From assembly GCF_000284115.1 (NCBI RefSeq), contig NC_017080.1, positions 1,470,001-1,502,000 on the forward strand: 32,000 nucleotides of DNA, written 5' to 3'. The position numbers and the translations under genes are program-made. Positions 1 to 10,098 of the stretch are shown one piece after another (the stretch's first letter is position 1; each line of letters starts with the position of its first letter). A model generated the notes under the pieces. The model was not told where the DNA came from and did no database searches. It was given only the letters and a program-made list of their open reading frames with translations. Origin of the DNA: Phycisphaera mikurensis NBRC 102666. Lineage in GTDB: Bacteria; Planctomycetota; Phycisphaerae; Phycisphaerales; Phycisphaeraceae.

Positions 1-185
1 ACCGGTCGGGGGGGTCAGAAAAGCCGCGTCGCGCCTTGGAGGCCGCGTCGGGGGCGAGAGGATACAGCAAGAGCGTCGGCACTGCACCGGCCGCCTCCTG
101 CGAAGGTGTCAGGTACATTCACCGCGACGCCGCGGCGCGCCCGACGTCCTGGAGGACGCTCCTTCCCTCCGCCCGGGTGGTGGCT

Positions 186-968
186 TCAGCCGCCGGTCAT
201 GAAGCTGGGGTAGCAGGTCATCCCGCCGTCCACGTAGACGCTGGTTCCCGCGACGTAGTCGCCCGCGGGGGAGCAGAGCGCGACGACCATGTCGCCGACC
301 TCTTCGGCGTTGCCGACGCGCCCGCTGGGGATCTTGGACAGGAGGTCGTTGTGGGCCGCCTCGTCGAGGTGTTTGTGGCTCTTCGTGTTGGTCTTGATGG
401 CGCCCGGGGCGATGCAGAAGGCGCGGACGCCCGAGTCGGCCAGCTCCAGGGTCATCGACTGCGTCATCGCGGCGACCGCCGCCTTCGCGGCGCAGTAGGG
501 CGTGTAGCCGGACCAGGGCACCTTGTCGTGGACGCTGGTGATGTTGCAGATCACGCCGTGGCCGCGGCCGATCATCCGCGGCACCGCGGAGCGGCAGGCG
601 TGGATGACGCCGTGGAAGTTGATGTCGAGCACCCGGCGGATCTCCGCGGGATCCATCTCCCAGAGCAGCCCCCGGTGGCCGTCGACGCCGGCGTTGTTCA
701 CGAGGATGTCGATCCCGCCCCAGGCTTCGTCGAGCTTCCGGAACATCGCGATCACCTGCGCCTCCTCCGCGATGTCGCTGCTCTCGTGCCAGCACCGGCG
801 CCCGAAGCCCTCGATGAGGTCCGCGGTCTCGGCGGCGCCCGCGTCGTCGCCGAGGTGGTTGAAGGCGACGTCGGCGCCGGCGCGGGCGGCGGAGCGGGCG
901 ATGGCCTGGCCGATCCCGGCGCTGCCGCCGGTGACGAGGACCCTTCGGTTCTTCAGCGAGGTATGCAC
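186..968 (-). CDS. short-chain dehydrogenase/reductase (SDR family oxidoreductase)
   Basis: 260-aa ORF with a GTG start at 968. Translation shows classical SDR motifs: Rossmann TGGSAGIG near the N-terminus, NNAG, and catalytic Y-x3-K (YCAAK). Third codon positions are almost all G/C in this frame. Confidence 0.9.
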   Translation of the reverse strand: MHTSLKNRRVLVTGGSAGIGQAIARSAARAGADVAFNHLGDDAGAAETADLIEGFGRRCWHESSDIAEEAQVIAMFRKLDEAWGGIDILVNNAGVDGHRGLLWEMDPAEIRRVLDINFHGVIHACRSAVPRMIGRGHGVICNITSVHDKVPWSGYTPYCAAKAAVAAMTQSMTLELADSGVRAFCIAPGAIKTNTKSHKHLDEAAHNDLLSKIPSGRVGNAEEVGDMVVALCSPAGDYVAGTSVYVDGGMTCYPSFMTGG

Positions 969-1222
969 GGGCGCACTAAAGGCGGGGGAGCGGGCCGCGC
1001 GTGCCCTGCCGCCGGCGGGCGGAGCGGGTCGGGCGAGGCGGGGGCGGGCTCAAGCCGCCCGGTGTGCGGTTCCCTCCGCGTCGACCCGCCGCCGTCCGGC
1101 TCCACTTGACGCGGCTCCCGCTTTCGGGGAGCCTCCCTGCGCGCCGCCCGGTGTTCCGGGCGGCGTCGCGCACTGGAGGCTCCTCCGCGGCACCCGCCGC
1201 GGCCATCGCGGTGCGACCTCCC

Positions 1223-2659
<1,437 letters not shown>

Positions 2660-2662
2660 GGC

Positions 2663-3064
2663 TCAGGCCGCTCGCAGCTGGCCGCCGCCGCCGCTGAGCG
2701 GCGCCTGCGCGGCGAGGCCCAGCTCCTCCCGGGCCTCCTCCATCGTGTCGAAGCTCTCGAAGAGGGTGCAGAGGCGTGTGACCTCCAGCAGCTGCTTCAC
2801 GTCCGCAACGCAGCCCGCGAGCACGATGCGGCTGCGCATCGGCTCGATGTCCCGGGCGAGGCTGACCATCTCGCCGAGGCAGGCCGACGAGAGGTAGGCG
2901 ACCTGCGAGAGGTCGAAGAGCACCGTGCGGCAGGCGTCGCTGCGGACGCCCGCACACAGCTCGGCGACGAGCTCGAGCATGTCCAGGGCCTCGACCTCGA
3001 AGTTGTGGGGGGTGGCGATGAGCACGTCGTGCTCGCGTTCGACGTCGTAGGGGGCGTTGAGCAT
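2663..3064 (-). CDS. STAS-domain protein (anti-sigma-factor antagonist-like)
   Basis: 133-aa ORF with an ATG at 3064. Its size and the segment VLFDLSQVAYLSSACLGEMVSL resemble the SpoIIAA/STAS phospho-serine loop region. Coding-type GC3. Assignment rests on pattern recognition only. Confidence 0.6.
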   Translation of the reverse strand: MLNAPYDVEREHDVLIATPHNFEVEALDMLELVAELCAGVRSDACRTVLFDLSQVAYLSSACLGEMVSLARDIEPMRSRIVLAGCVADVKQLLEVTRLCTLFESFDTMEEAREELGLAAQAPLSGGGGQLRAA

Positions 3065-3242
3065 GGGGTCATCCGTGGCGTGGGTTGGGGTCCACGACCA
3101 GCAGACGATCCCGGGCGTCGCGGGGCGAATGCGTTTCGGCGGCGGCGCGGAGCGTCCCGGGAAGCCGGCGACGGACGGCCGCGGACGGCGGCGAAGCGGG
3201 GCGGTCCCGCGTCGGCTGGTTCGCAGCTCCCGCGGATCGCCC

Positions 3243-4421
3243 TCACCGCAGCGGTTGCACGACCGCGGCGCAGAGCCCGGCGTCCGCCGCGACCCGCACC
3301 TCCTGCCCGGGCTTGTGCCGGCCCCAGCGGACGACGGCCAGCGCCACCGCCCGGCCGCCGCGCAGCGGGCTCGGCGTGGAGGAGGTGACCGCCCCGATCA
3401 CGCGGCCCGGGTCGCTCGGATCCAGCACCTCGGTGCCCGCGGAAGGCAGGCGGTCGTCCTCCTCCACCTCCAGCCGCACCAGCAGCTTCTTGGGGTGGCC
3501 GAGGTTTTTCATGCGTGCCACCGCCTCCTGCCCGGGGTAGCAGCCCTTCGTGAAGCTGACCGCCTCCTCCACCAGCTGCGCCTCGGCGACGAGGTTGCCG
3601 GGGCCGTAGTCCAGGTGGAACAGCGGCTGGCCGGCCTCGACGCGGGCGGTGTTGAAGGCCTCCCAGCCCACCGGCCGGCCGCGGAGGCCGGCGCGACGCC
3701 GGGCCGCGGCCGCCGCCGGGTCCGCCGCGTCGGCCGGCTCGCCGGCGTAGCCCAGGGCGGCGAGCAGCGCCGCGAAGACGGCGGCGGCTCCGGCTCCGGT
3801 CGGGTGCAGGCGGAAGGACGGCACGCCCGCGTCGGTGCCGCGGTGCACGAGCAGCGTGTGGCCGGCGACCGTCGCCTCGGCGAAACGGCCCGGCGGGAGC
3901 GCGGCGGCGTCCTCCGCCCCCGCGGCCCGCAGCCCGGCCGCCGCCGCCGGCCCCAGAAGCATCAGCGGGACCCGCGGCGGATCGGCCGCGGCGAAGGCAA
4001 CGTCCTCCGCGAACCGCGCCGCCTCCAGCCGCCCGAGCGTCTCCGCGGCGTCGTGCGTGTCGAGGTCGAGCAGCACGCGGCCCTCGCCGAGCAGCGCGAA
4101 GGCGTCGGCGAGGATCAGGCCGCGGGACCCCAGGAACAGCGTGCGGACGGCGGCGCCATCCTCGGGCGTGAGGAGGTCCTGCGTCGCGAGCCGGTTGAGC
4201 AGGTCGCGGGCGTCGCCCCCGGTCACCTCCAGCAGCGTCCGCCCCGGCACCGGGAACAGCCCCGCGTGCCGCTTGATCGCCGCGTATTCCGCCGGCGTTT
4301 CCCCGAAGCTCTGCACGACGAAGGGCCCGCCCTCGGGCCGCTGCGGGTCCAGCGGCGGGCCCCACGCCGACAGCTCGGCGCCGAGCGACTCGAGAACAGG
4401 TTGAAGGGGCGCGGCCGCCAT
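3243..4421 (-). CDS. ygfZ: YgfZ/GcvT-family folate-binding protein (aminomethyltransferase-like)
   Basis: C-terminal 392 codons of ORF 3243-5066, starting at the ATG at 4421 (MAAAPLQPV...). It contains the YgfZ signature KGCYPGQE, and its length and architecture are GcvT-like. The upstream part of the ORF overlaps pgk and the repeat region, so I do not treat it as coding. Confidence 0.8.
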   Translation of the reverse strand: MAAAPLQPVLESLGAELSAWGPPLDPQRPEGGPFVVQSFGETPAEYAAIKRHAGLFPVPGRTLLEVTGGDARDLLNRLATQDLLTPEDGAAVRTLFLGSRGLILADAFALLGEGRVLLDLDTHDAAETLGRLEAARFAEDVAFAAADPPRVPLMLLGPAAAAGLRAAGAEDAAALPPGRFAEATVAGHTLLVHRGTDAGVPSFRLHPTGAGAAAVFAALLAALGYAGEPADAADPAAAAARRRAGLRGRPVGWEAFNTARVEAGQPLFHLDYGPGNLVAEAQLVEEAVSFTKGCYPGQEAVARMKNLGHPKKLLVRLEVEEDDRLPSAGTEVLDPSDPGRVIGAVTSSTPSPLRGGRAVALAVVRWGRHKPGQEVRVAADAGLCAAVVQPLR

Positions 4422-4446
4422 GGGGCGGGAAGCGTATGAGCGGACT

Positions 4447-4486
4447 GACGAAGAGACGAAGAGACGAAGAGACGGAGAGACGGAGA
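4447..4486. repeat. 5 phased 8-bp units (GACGAAGA x3, GACGGAGA x2)
   Basis: Read directly: gacgaaga gacgaaga gacgaaga gacggaga gacggaga. The repeat lies 26 nt upstream of the ygfZ start. On the ygfZ sense strand it reads CT-rich (TCTTCGTC). Confidence 0.9.
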
Positions 4487-4513
4487 CAGGCAGGGGCGGC
4501 GGCTGCGCCGCCC

Positions 4514-4547
<34 letters not shown>

Positions 4548-4704
4548 CTGACTTCGTCTCTCACCCAGTCCCAGCCCGACCCGCCGCACAGACCTTCGCG
4601 GTCCATGCAGCCCCTCCGCACGACACCCCCCAGAACGTCGCTTCTCCCCTCCCAAGTAACCTCCCCACTCCAGAAGACCCCCCAACCCACACCCCCGCCC
4701 CGCT

Positions 4705-5898
4705 TTGCCCAAGAAAACCCTCTCCGACCTCGATCTCGCCTCCAAGCTCGTCCTCATGCGGTGCGACTTCAACGTCCCGCTGGATGGAGCGGGCAAGATC
4801 ACCGACGACCGCCGGATCGCCATGGCGTTGCCGACGATCCGGCAGGCGCTCGACGGCGGCGCCGGCGTCATCGTGATGTCGCACCTGGGCCGGCCCAAGG
4901 GCGAGCCCGATCCCGCGGCGTCGCTCCGCCCGGCGGCCGACCGGCTCGACGAGCTGCTCGAAGCGGACGTGCAGTTCGCGGCGGACACGGTCGGCCCCGA
5001 CGCCAAGCAGCGGGTGCACGCGCTGCGTCCGGGCCAGGTCCTCGTGCTCGAGAACGTGCGCTTCAACGCGGGGGAGAAACAAGGCGACGACGACGGCTAC
5101 GTGGAGACGCTCGCCGGCTTCGCCGACGCGTACTGCAACAACGCCTTCGGCACGGCCCACCGCACCGAGGCGTCCATGTTCGCGGTGCCCAAGAAGATGA
5201 AGGAAGCGGGCAAACCGGCGGTCATGGGCGGCCTCGTGGAGAAGGAGATCCGCTTCCTCGCCGGGGCGATCGAGTCGCCCCAGCGGCCCTTCGTCGCCGT
5301 GCTCGGCGGGGCGAAGGTCAGCGACAAGATCCAGGTGATCGAGCGGCTGCTGGGCGTCTGCGACCACGTCCTCATCGGCGGAGCCATGGCCTACACCTTC
5401 TCGCTGGCCCGAGGAGGGCGGGTCGGCGGCAGCCTGGTCGAGCCCGACAAGACCGACCTCGCCCTGCGGCTCATCGAGATGGGCGGGGACAAGCTCGTGC
5501 TCCCGACCGACACGCACTGCGGCGACGGCTTCTCCGGCGACTGCAACAAGCAGGTCGTGCCCGCCGGCGAGATCCCCGACGGCTTCGAGGGCCTGGACGT
5601 CGGCCCCGAGACCGCCGAGCGCTTCGCCTCGCTGGTCGAGGATGCCGGCACCGTCGTGTGGAACGGCCCGATGGGCGTCTTCGAGATGCCGCCCTTCGAT
5701 GCGGGCACCCGCGCCGTCGCCGAAGCGATGGCCGCCGGCAGCGGCACCACGATCGTCGGCGGCGGCGATTCCGCCGCCGCCATCGAGCAATTCGGCCTCG
5801 CCGACCGCGTCAGCCACGTCAGCACCGGCGGCGGGGCGTCGCTGGAGATGCTCGAGGGCAAGAAGTTCGAGAGCGTGGAGCTGCTCGACGAGGCGTGA
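4705..5898 (+). CDS. pgk: phosphoglycerate kinase
   Basis: 397-aa ORF with a TTG start. The N-terminus is typical of Pgk ([27 protein letters not shown]), followed by [15 protein letters not shown] and the C-terminal STGGGASLE. Confidence 0.95.
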   Translation: MPKKTLSDLDLASKLVLMRCDFNVPLDGAGKITDDRRIAMALPTIRQALDGGAGVIVMSHLGRPKGEPDPAASLRPAADRLDELLEADVQFAADTVGPDAKQRVHALRPGQVLVLENVRFNAGEKQGDDDGYVETLAGFADAYCNNAFGTAHRTEASMFAVPKKMKEAGKPAVMGGLVEKEIRFLAGAIESPQRPFVAVLGGAKVSDKIQVIERLLGVCDHVLIGGAMAYTFSLARGGRVGGSLVEPDKTDLALRLIEMGGDKLVLPTDTHCGDGFSGDCNKQVVPAGEIPDGFEGLDVGPETAERFASLVEDAGTVVWNGPMGVFEMPPFDAGTRAVAEAMAAGSGTTIVGGGDSAAAIEQFGLADRVSHVSTGGGASLEMLEGKKFESVELLDEA

Positions 5899-6013
5899 AG
5901 ACGCAGCGGCGTGGCCGCTCAAGAGGAAACCAGACGAAGACAGGCTGTGCGGCAAGGGGCCGTTCCTGACGACGCTGGATTCGGGGAAGGCGATCAGAAC
6001 CAGGCGCATCAAG

Positions 6014-7012
6014 ATGAAACCGACCCGCTCGCTGCTGAATCCGTCTCTTCGTCTCTTCGTCTCTTTGTCTCTTGCCCTCTGCGGCGCAGCCGGCGCCCCC
6101 GCCTCCGCTCAGGTTGGCTCCTCCATCGTCCTTGCGCCCTGGCAAGGAACCTCCCCGCTGGAGCTCTCCGGCCAGACCGCGCTCTACTCCACCGACGCCG
6201 ACGCGCCCGGCGGGGCAAGCGTCGAGCTGGGCTCGTACAGCTTCCAAGGCCGCGTCCGGCCGGACCTCGAGGACGAGAAGAAGCTGACCTTCGGCTTCGA
6301 GTTCGACCGCATCGAGCTCGACACGGCCGACCCGGTGCTGCCCGAGCGGCTGACCCTGGGGGCGGCGGCGGTGGGGCTGGGGCTGGGCCGCTTCGACGCG
6401 GCCGGGTTCGGTTGGGAGTGGGGGGCGACCGCGGGAGCGGGCGTCGCCAGCTCGGATCCCTTCGGCGACGAGGACGGTTCCTACGGGGTCGGGTCGCTCT
6501 TCGCGGTGACGCGGCCCGACCCCCAGTCGCTGCTCGTGGTCGCGCTGGACTACGACGGCAACCGGACCGTCTTCCCCGACGTCCCGCTGCCGGCCATCAC
6601 CTACACGCGCTTCTTCAGCGAAGACTTCTCCGCCAGCGTCGGCGTGCCCTTCCTCGGCGTGAAGTGGACGCCGGGCCGGTGGGACCTCTCCGCCGGCATC
6701 TTCCTGATCCAGGCCCGCGCCCGCGCCGCCTACGCGCTGACCGAGCACGTCTCGCTCTACGCCCAGTACGGCAGCCGCACCGAAGCCTTCCACGTCGACG
6801 GCACCGACGAGCACCGGCGGCTCTTCTACAGCGTCGAGAGCGTCTCGGCCGGGGCGGAGCTCGATCTGGTCGAGAACCTGAACCTCAACGCCAGCGTCGG
6901 CTACGCGTTCAACCACGCGTTCGAGAGCGGCTTCGACGCGAGGGACCTGGAGACGGTGCGGGACCTGGATCCGGGGGTCTTCTTCGGGATCAGCCTCGGC
7001 TTGGACTTCTGA
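6014..7012 (+). CDS. putative outer-membrane beta-barrel protein (unknown family)
   Basis: ATG at 6014 in the frame of ORF 5642-7012. Signal peptide MKPTRSLLNPSLRLFVSLSLALCGAAGAPASA/Q. The body is Gly/aromatic-rich with alternating hydrophobic residues, and the C-terminal sequence GISLGLDF ends in Phe, which resembles an OMP beta-signal. Confidence 0.6.
   Translation: MKPTRSLLNPSLRLFVSLSLALCGAAGAPASAQVGSSIVLAPWQGTSPLELSGQTALYSTDADAPGGASVELGSYSFQGRVRPDLEDEKKLTFGFEFDRIELDTADPVLPERLTLGAAAVGLGLGRFDAAGFGWEWGATAGAGVASSDPFGDEDGSYGVGSLFAVTRPDPQSLLVVALDYDGNRTVFPDVPLPAITYTRFFSEDFSASVGVPFLGVKWTPGRWDLSAGIFLIQARARAAYALTEHVSLYAQYGSRTEAFHVDGTDEHRRLFYSVESVSAGAELDLVENLNLNASVGYAFNHAFESGFDARDLETVRDLDPGVFFGISLGLDF
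6043..6074. repeat. 4 phased 8-bp units (GTCTCTTC x2, GTCTCTTT, GTCTCTTG) inside the signal-peptide coding region
   Basis: Read directly. This is the reverse-complement family of the 4447 repeat (GAAGAGAC) and encodes SLRLFVSLSL. Confidence 0.9.
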
Positions 7013-7072
7013 AGCGCGAGCGAGGCGGTCGGCCGTCGGCGGGGTGGCGTCCGCCGGCGGGCTCTGGCTTCT

Positions 7073-7972
7073 TCAGCCGCGTGCTTGCTCGCTTCCCCGC
7101 GGCTGCGGAGCAGCATCGGGCGTTTCCGCGGCCCGCCCGGCCCCCAGGATCGAGGCCGCCAGCTTCCGGTAGTCGGCCGCTCCGTTGCTCTCGGGCGCGT
7201 ACGCCAGCACCGGCTGGCCGAAGCTCGGGGCCTCGGCGAGCTTGATGTTCCGGCGGACCGGCGGGTCGAACACCTCCGCCTGGTGCCAGGCGTCGCCCTC
7301 GCCGGCCTGGCCGAAGAAGCCGTCGAGCTCGGCGCGGATCTCGCCGGCGAGCAGCGTGTTCGCCTCGTGCATGCACAGCACGACCCCGGAGACCCGCAGC
7401 GTCGGGTTGATGCCCTGCCGCACGGAGCCGATGGTCTCGAAGAGCTTGCTCATGCCCTGCATCGCCAGGAAGTGGCTCTGCATCGGGACGATCACCTCGG
7501 TGGCGGCGCACAGCGCGTTGACCGTCAGCAGGCCCAGCGCCGGCGGGCAGTCGATGAGCACGGCGTCGAACTGGCGGAAGAGGTCGACGCACTTGTCGCG
7601 CAGGATCGACTGCCCGGTGCCGGCTTGGACGGACTCCGCCATCTCCGACTCGATCCCCGCGAGGTTGGTTTCCGCGGGCAGCACCGCCAGATTCGCGATG
7701 GACTCCACCTCGCGGACGACCTCCATCGCGGTGGTGCCCTCGTCGACGAAGAGGTCGTAGTTGGTCCGGTCCATCTCGCCGGGCTCCATGCCCACGGACA
7801 GCGTGAGGTGGGCCTGCGGGTCGAGGTCGATGAGCAGCACGCGGGCCCCCGCGGCCGCCATCGCGGCGCCCACGTTCACGGTCGTCGTCGTCTTGCCCAC
7901 GCCGCCCTTCTGGTTCATCATCGCGATGACGCGGCGGTCGGTCGGGTCGGCGGGTCGGGCGGGATCCGGCAT
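7073..7972 (-). CDS. ParA/Soj-family ATPase (no adjacent parB)
   Basis: 299-aa ORF with an ATG at 7972. It carries the deviant Walker A NQKGGVGKTTTT, LIDLDPQ, and LIDCPP (Walker B region). The neighbouring genes are unrelated, with no ParB-like ORF. Confidence 0.9.
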   Translation of the reverse strand: MPDPARPADPTDRRVIAMMNQKGGVGKTTTTVNVGAAMAAAGARVLLIDLDPQAHLTLSVGMEPGEMDRTNYDLFVDEGTTAMEVVREVESIANLAVLPAETNLAGIESEMAESVQAGTGQSILRDKCVDLFRQFDAVLIDCPPALGLLTVNALCAATEVIVPMQSHFLAMQGMSKLFETIGSVRQGINPTLRVSGVVLCMHEANTLLAGEIRAELDGFFGQAGEGDAWHQAEVFDPPVRRNIKLAEAPSFGQPVLAYAPESNGAADYRKLAASILGAGRAAETPDAAPQPRGSEQARG

Positions 7973-8225
7973 CGCCCGAGCCTAATCCGCGGACCGCGGG
8001 CCCTCCGCCGCGTCCGGTGCCGCGATCCGCGGAGCCGCGGCCCGGGGGTCCCGCACGCACGCCGCGGAGCGCGTCGGACGCCGCGGACCGCGGGCGGGAA
8101 CGCCGGAGAACGCACGCCGTCCGCGGAACGACGCGTGCCGCCGCGGGCGAGGTGCCGCCGGCGGGCGGATGGGTCGGCCTCCGGGCCGCGGGGCGGGGAC
8201 GCCCGACGCGGCCTACGGATCCGTC

Positions 8226-8798
8226 ATGAGCATGAAAGACCGGGCCGCACGCTGGATCCGCTCGCGGCACATGGTGCCCGCGACGGCGGTGGTTTCCTTC
8301 TTCGAGTCGACCGTCCTGCCGGTCCCGCTGGAGGTGCTGCTCGTGCCGGTCATGCAGGCGCGGCGCGACCGGCTCTGGTGGCTGGCGGCCGCGGCGCTGG
8401 GCGGGTGCGTGCTCGGTGCCGTCGCCGGTTACTGGATCGGCTGGGGCCTCATGGAGTCGATCGGCCACCCGCTGGTCGCCTGGCTCGGCCAGGAGCGGGC
8501 GCTGGAGGACGCGATCGCCGGCTTCAACGCGGACGGCTTCGTGTACGTGCTGGGCATCAGCCTCGCACCGGTGCCCTTCCAGATCGCGATGCTCGGCGCG
8601 GGGGCGGCGGGCTTCCCGCTGTGGAAGTTTCTGCTCGCGACGCTGATCTCGCGCGCGATCCGCTACTTCGGCCTCGCGGCGCTGGTGTGGTGGCTCGGCG
8701 ATCGGACCGAGGGCTTCGTGAAGCGGCACAAACGCGCGGCGGCCATCGGCACCTTGGTGGCGGTCGCCGCGGTCTTCGCCTGGCGGATCTGGAGCTGA
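8226..8798 (+). CDS. YqaA/DedA-like (SNARE-associated family) membrane protein
   Basis: In the frame of ORF 8169-8798. I chose the ATG at 8226; an ATG at 8232 is also possible. The N-terminal motif FFESTVLPVPLEVLLVP and several hydrophobic helices match the YqaA pattern. Confidence 0.7.
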   Translation: MSMKDRAARWIRSRHMVPATAVVSFFESTVLPVPLEVLLVPVMQARRDRLWWLAAAALGGCVLGAVAGYWIGWGLMESIGHPLVAWLGQERALEDAIAGFNADGFVYVLGISLAPVPFQIAMLGAGAAGFPLWKFLLATLISRAIRYFGLAALVWWLGDRTEGFVKRHKRAAAIGTLVAVAAVFAWRIWS

Positions 8799-8814
8799 CG
8801 CCGGCGGCGGCGGG

Positions 8815-9948
8815 TCAACCGCCCGCGTCGCCGCCCCCGGTCGCACGCTGCGCCACCGCCTCGAGGATGTCCGGCTCGTTTCGGGAGAAGGTGAGCGTCC
8901 GGTAGGGGTACGGGATCTCGATGCCGGCGGCGTCGAGCGCCGCCTTGACGGCCTCGACCACCTCGTCGCGGGATCGGCGTTGCTCCAGCGGCGTCGCGCC
9001 GGTCCACCAGGTGATCTCGAAGTCGATCGAGCTCGCCCCGAAGGCCTGCGCGTACACCTCCACGCCGTGGCCGCCGCCGGTGTCGACGCTCGCACAACCC
9101 GCGGCCGCGTCGTGCATCACCCGACGCCCCTCGGCCACGTCCTCGCCGTAGGCGATCCCGCACGGCACGGTGATCCGCCGCTTCGCCCGGTTGGTCAGCA
9201 CCTTGACGACGTTCTTGTAGATGGTGCTGTTGGGCATCAGCACGAGCTCGCCGGTGGTCAGCCGGATCTGCGTCATGCGGATCTCGATGTCCTCCACCTT
9301 GCCCATGACGTCGACGCTGGGCACCTCGATGAAGTCGCCGATCTCCAGCGGGAAGCGCCAGAGAATCAACACGCCGGCGAAGGCGTTCTCGAAGATGTCC
9401 TGGAAGGCGAAGCCCAGCGCGATCGAGAGCAGGCCGGTCGTCGCGATCAGGTTGCCGACGCCGAACCCGGGGAAGACGATCACCGCCGCGAGCATCAGCC
9501 CCACGAACCACACGAGCGTGCGGATGGCGAGGCGGACGAGGTCGGCGAGGCTCTCGCGCAGGTGGGCACGCCGGGCGAGCCAGCGCGACACGCGGCCGGC
9601 GATGCCGACCAGGAAGAAGGTGGCGACGACGACCAGCAGCGCGATGACCACCTGCGGGAGGTAGGCGATGCCGGTGTCGACCATGCCGCCGATGGAGCGG
9701 GCGAGCGTCTCGGTCGAGTCGTCCACGCCTTTCACGCCGGTCTCGGGGATCAGGGCGTCGACGCCGCTGGCGATCGGGCCCATCGGCGGCTCGGCGGCCT
9801 GGACTTCCTCCTGGACGACGGAGATGCCCTCGGAGGCGGAGGGATCGATCTCGAAGGTCGGTGCGGCGTCCTGGGCCGCGGCGACGCGCGGGAGGGCGCA
9901 GCCGAGCGCGAGCAGCAGGAGCGGGAGGCGGCGGCGGAGCAACTTCAT
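8815..9948 (-). CDS. MscS-family mechanosensitive ion channel
   Basis: C-terminal 377 codons of the 1106-aa ORF, starting at the ATG at 9948 (MKLLRRRLPLLLLALG signal/TM). Transmembrane helices are followed by GFAFQDIFENAFAGVLILWRFPLEIGDFIEV and MPNSTIY, the typical MscS pore/beta-domain pattern. Confidence 0.85.
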   Translation of the reverse strand: MKLLRRRLPLLLLALGCALPRVAAAQDAAPTFEIDPSASEGISVVQEEVQAAEPPMGPIASGVDALIPETGVKGVDDSTETLARSIGGMVDTGIAYLPQVVIALLVVVATFFLVGIAGRVSRWLARRAHLRESLADLVRLAIRTLVWFVGLMLAAVIVFPGFGVGNLIATTGLLSIALGFAFQDIFENAFAGVLILWRFPLEIGDFIEVPSVDVMGKVEDIEIRMTQIRLTTGELVLMPNSTIYKNVVKVLTNRAKRRITVPCGIAYGEDVAEGRRVMHDAAAGCASVDTGGGHGVEVYAQAFGASSIDFEITWWTGATPLEQRRSRDEVVEAVKAALDAAGIEIPYPYRTLTFSRNEPDILEAVAQRATGGGDAGG

Positions 9949-10098
9949 GGCCCACGGGTATCGGACGCTCGCGGCCGCCGCAGCCACCCGCGGACCGCGG
10001 GCGATTCCGGCCTCCGGAGGCGGCGGTCCGCGGACCCCGGTGGCCCGCCGCGGTACGGTCGCCGGCCGCACGCCCGCCCCAACCCCGACGCCCCGACG

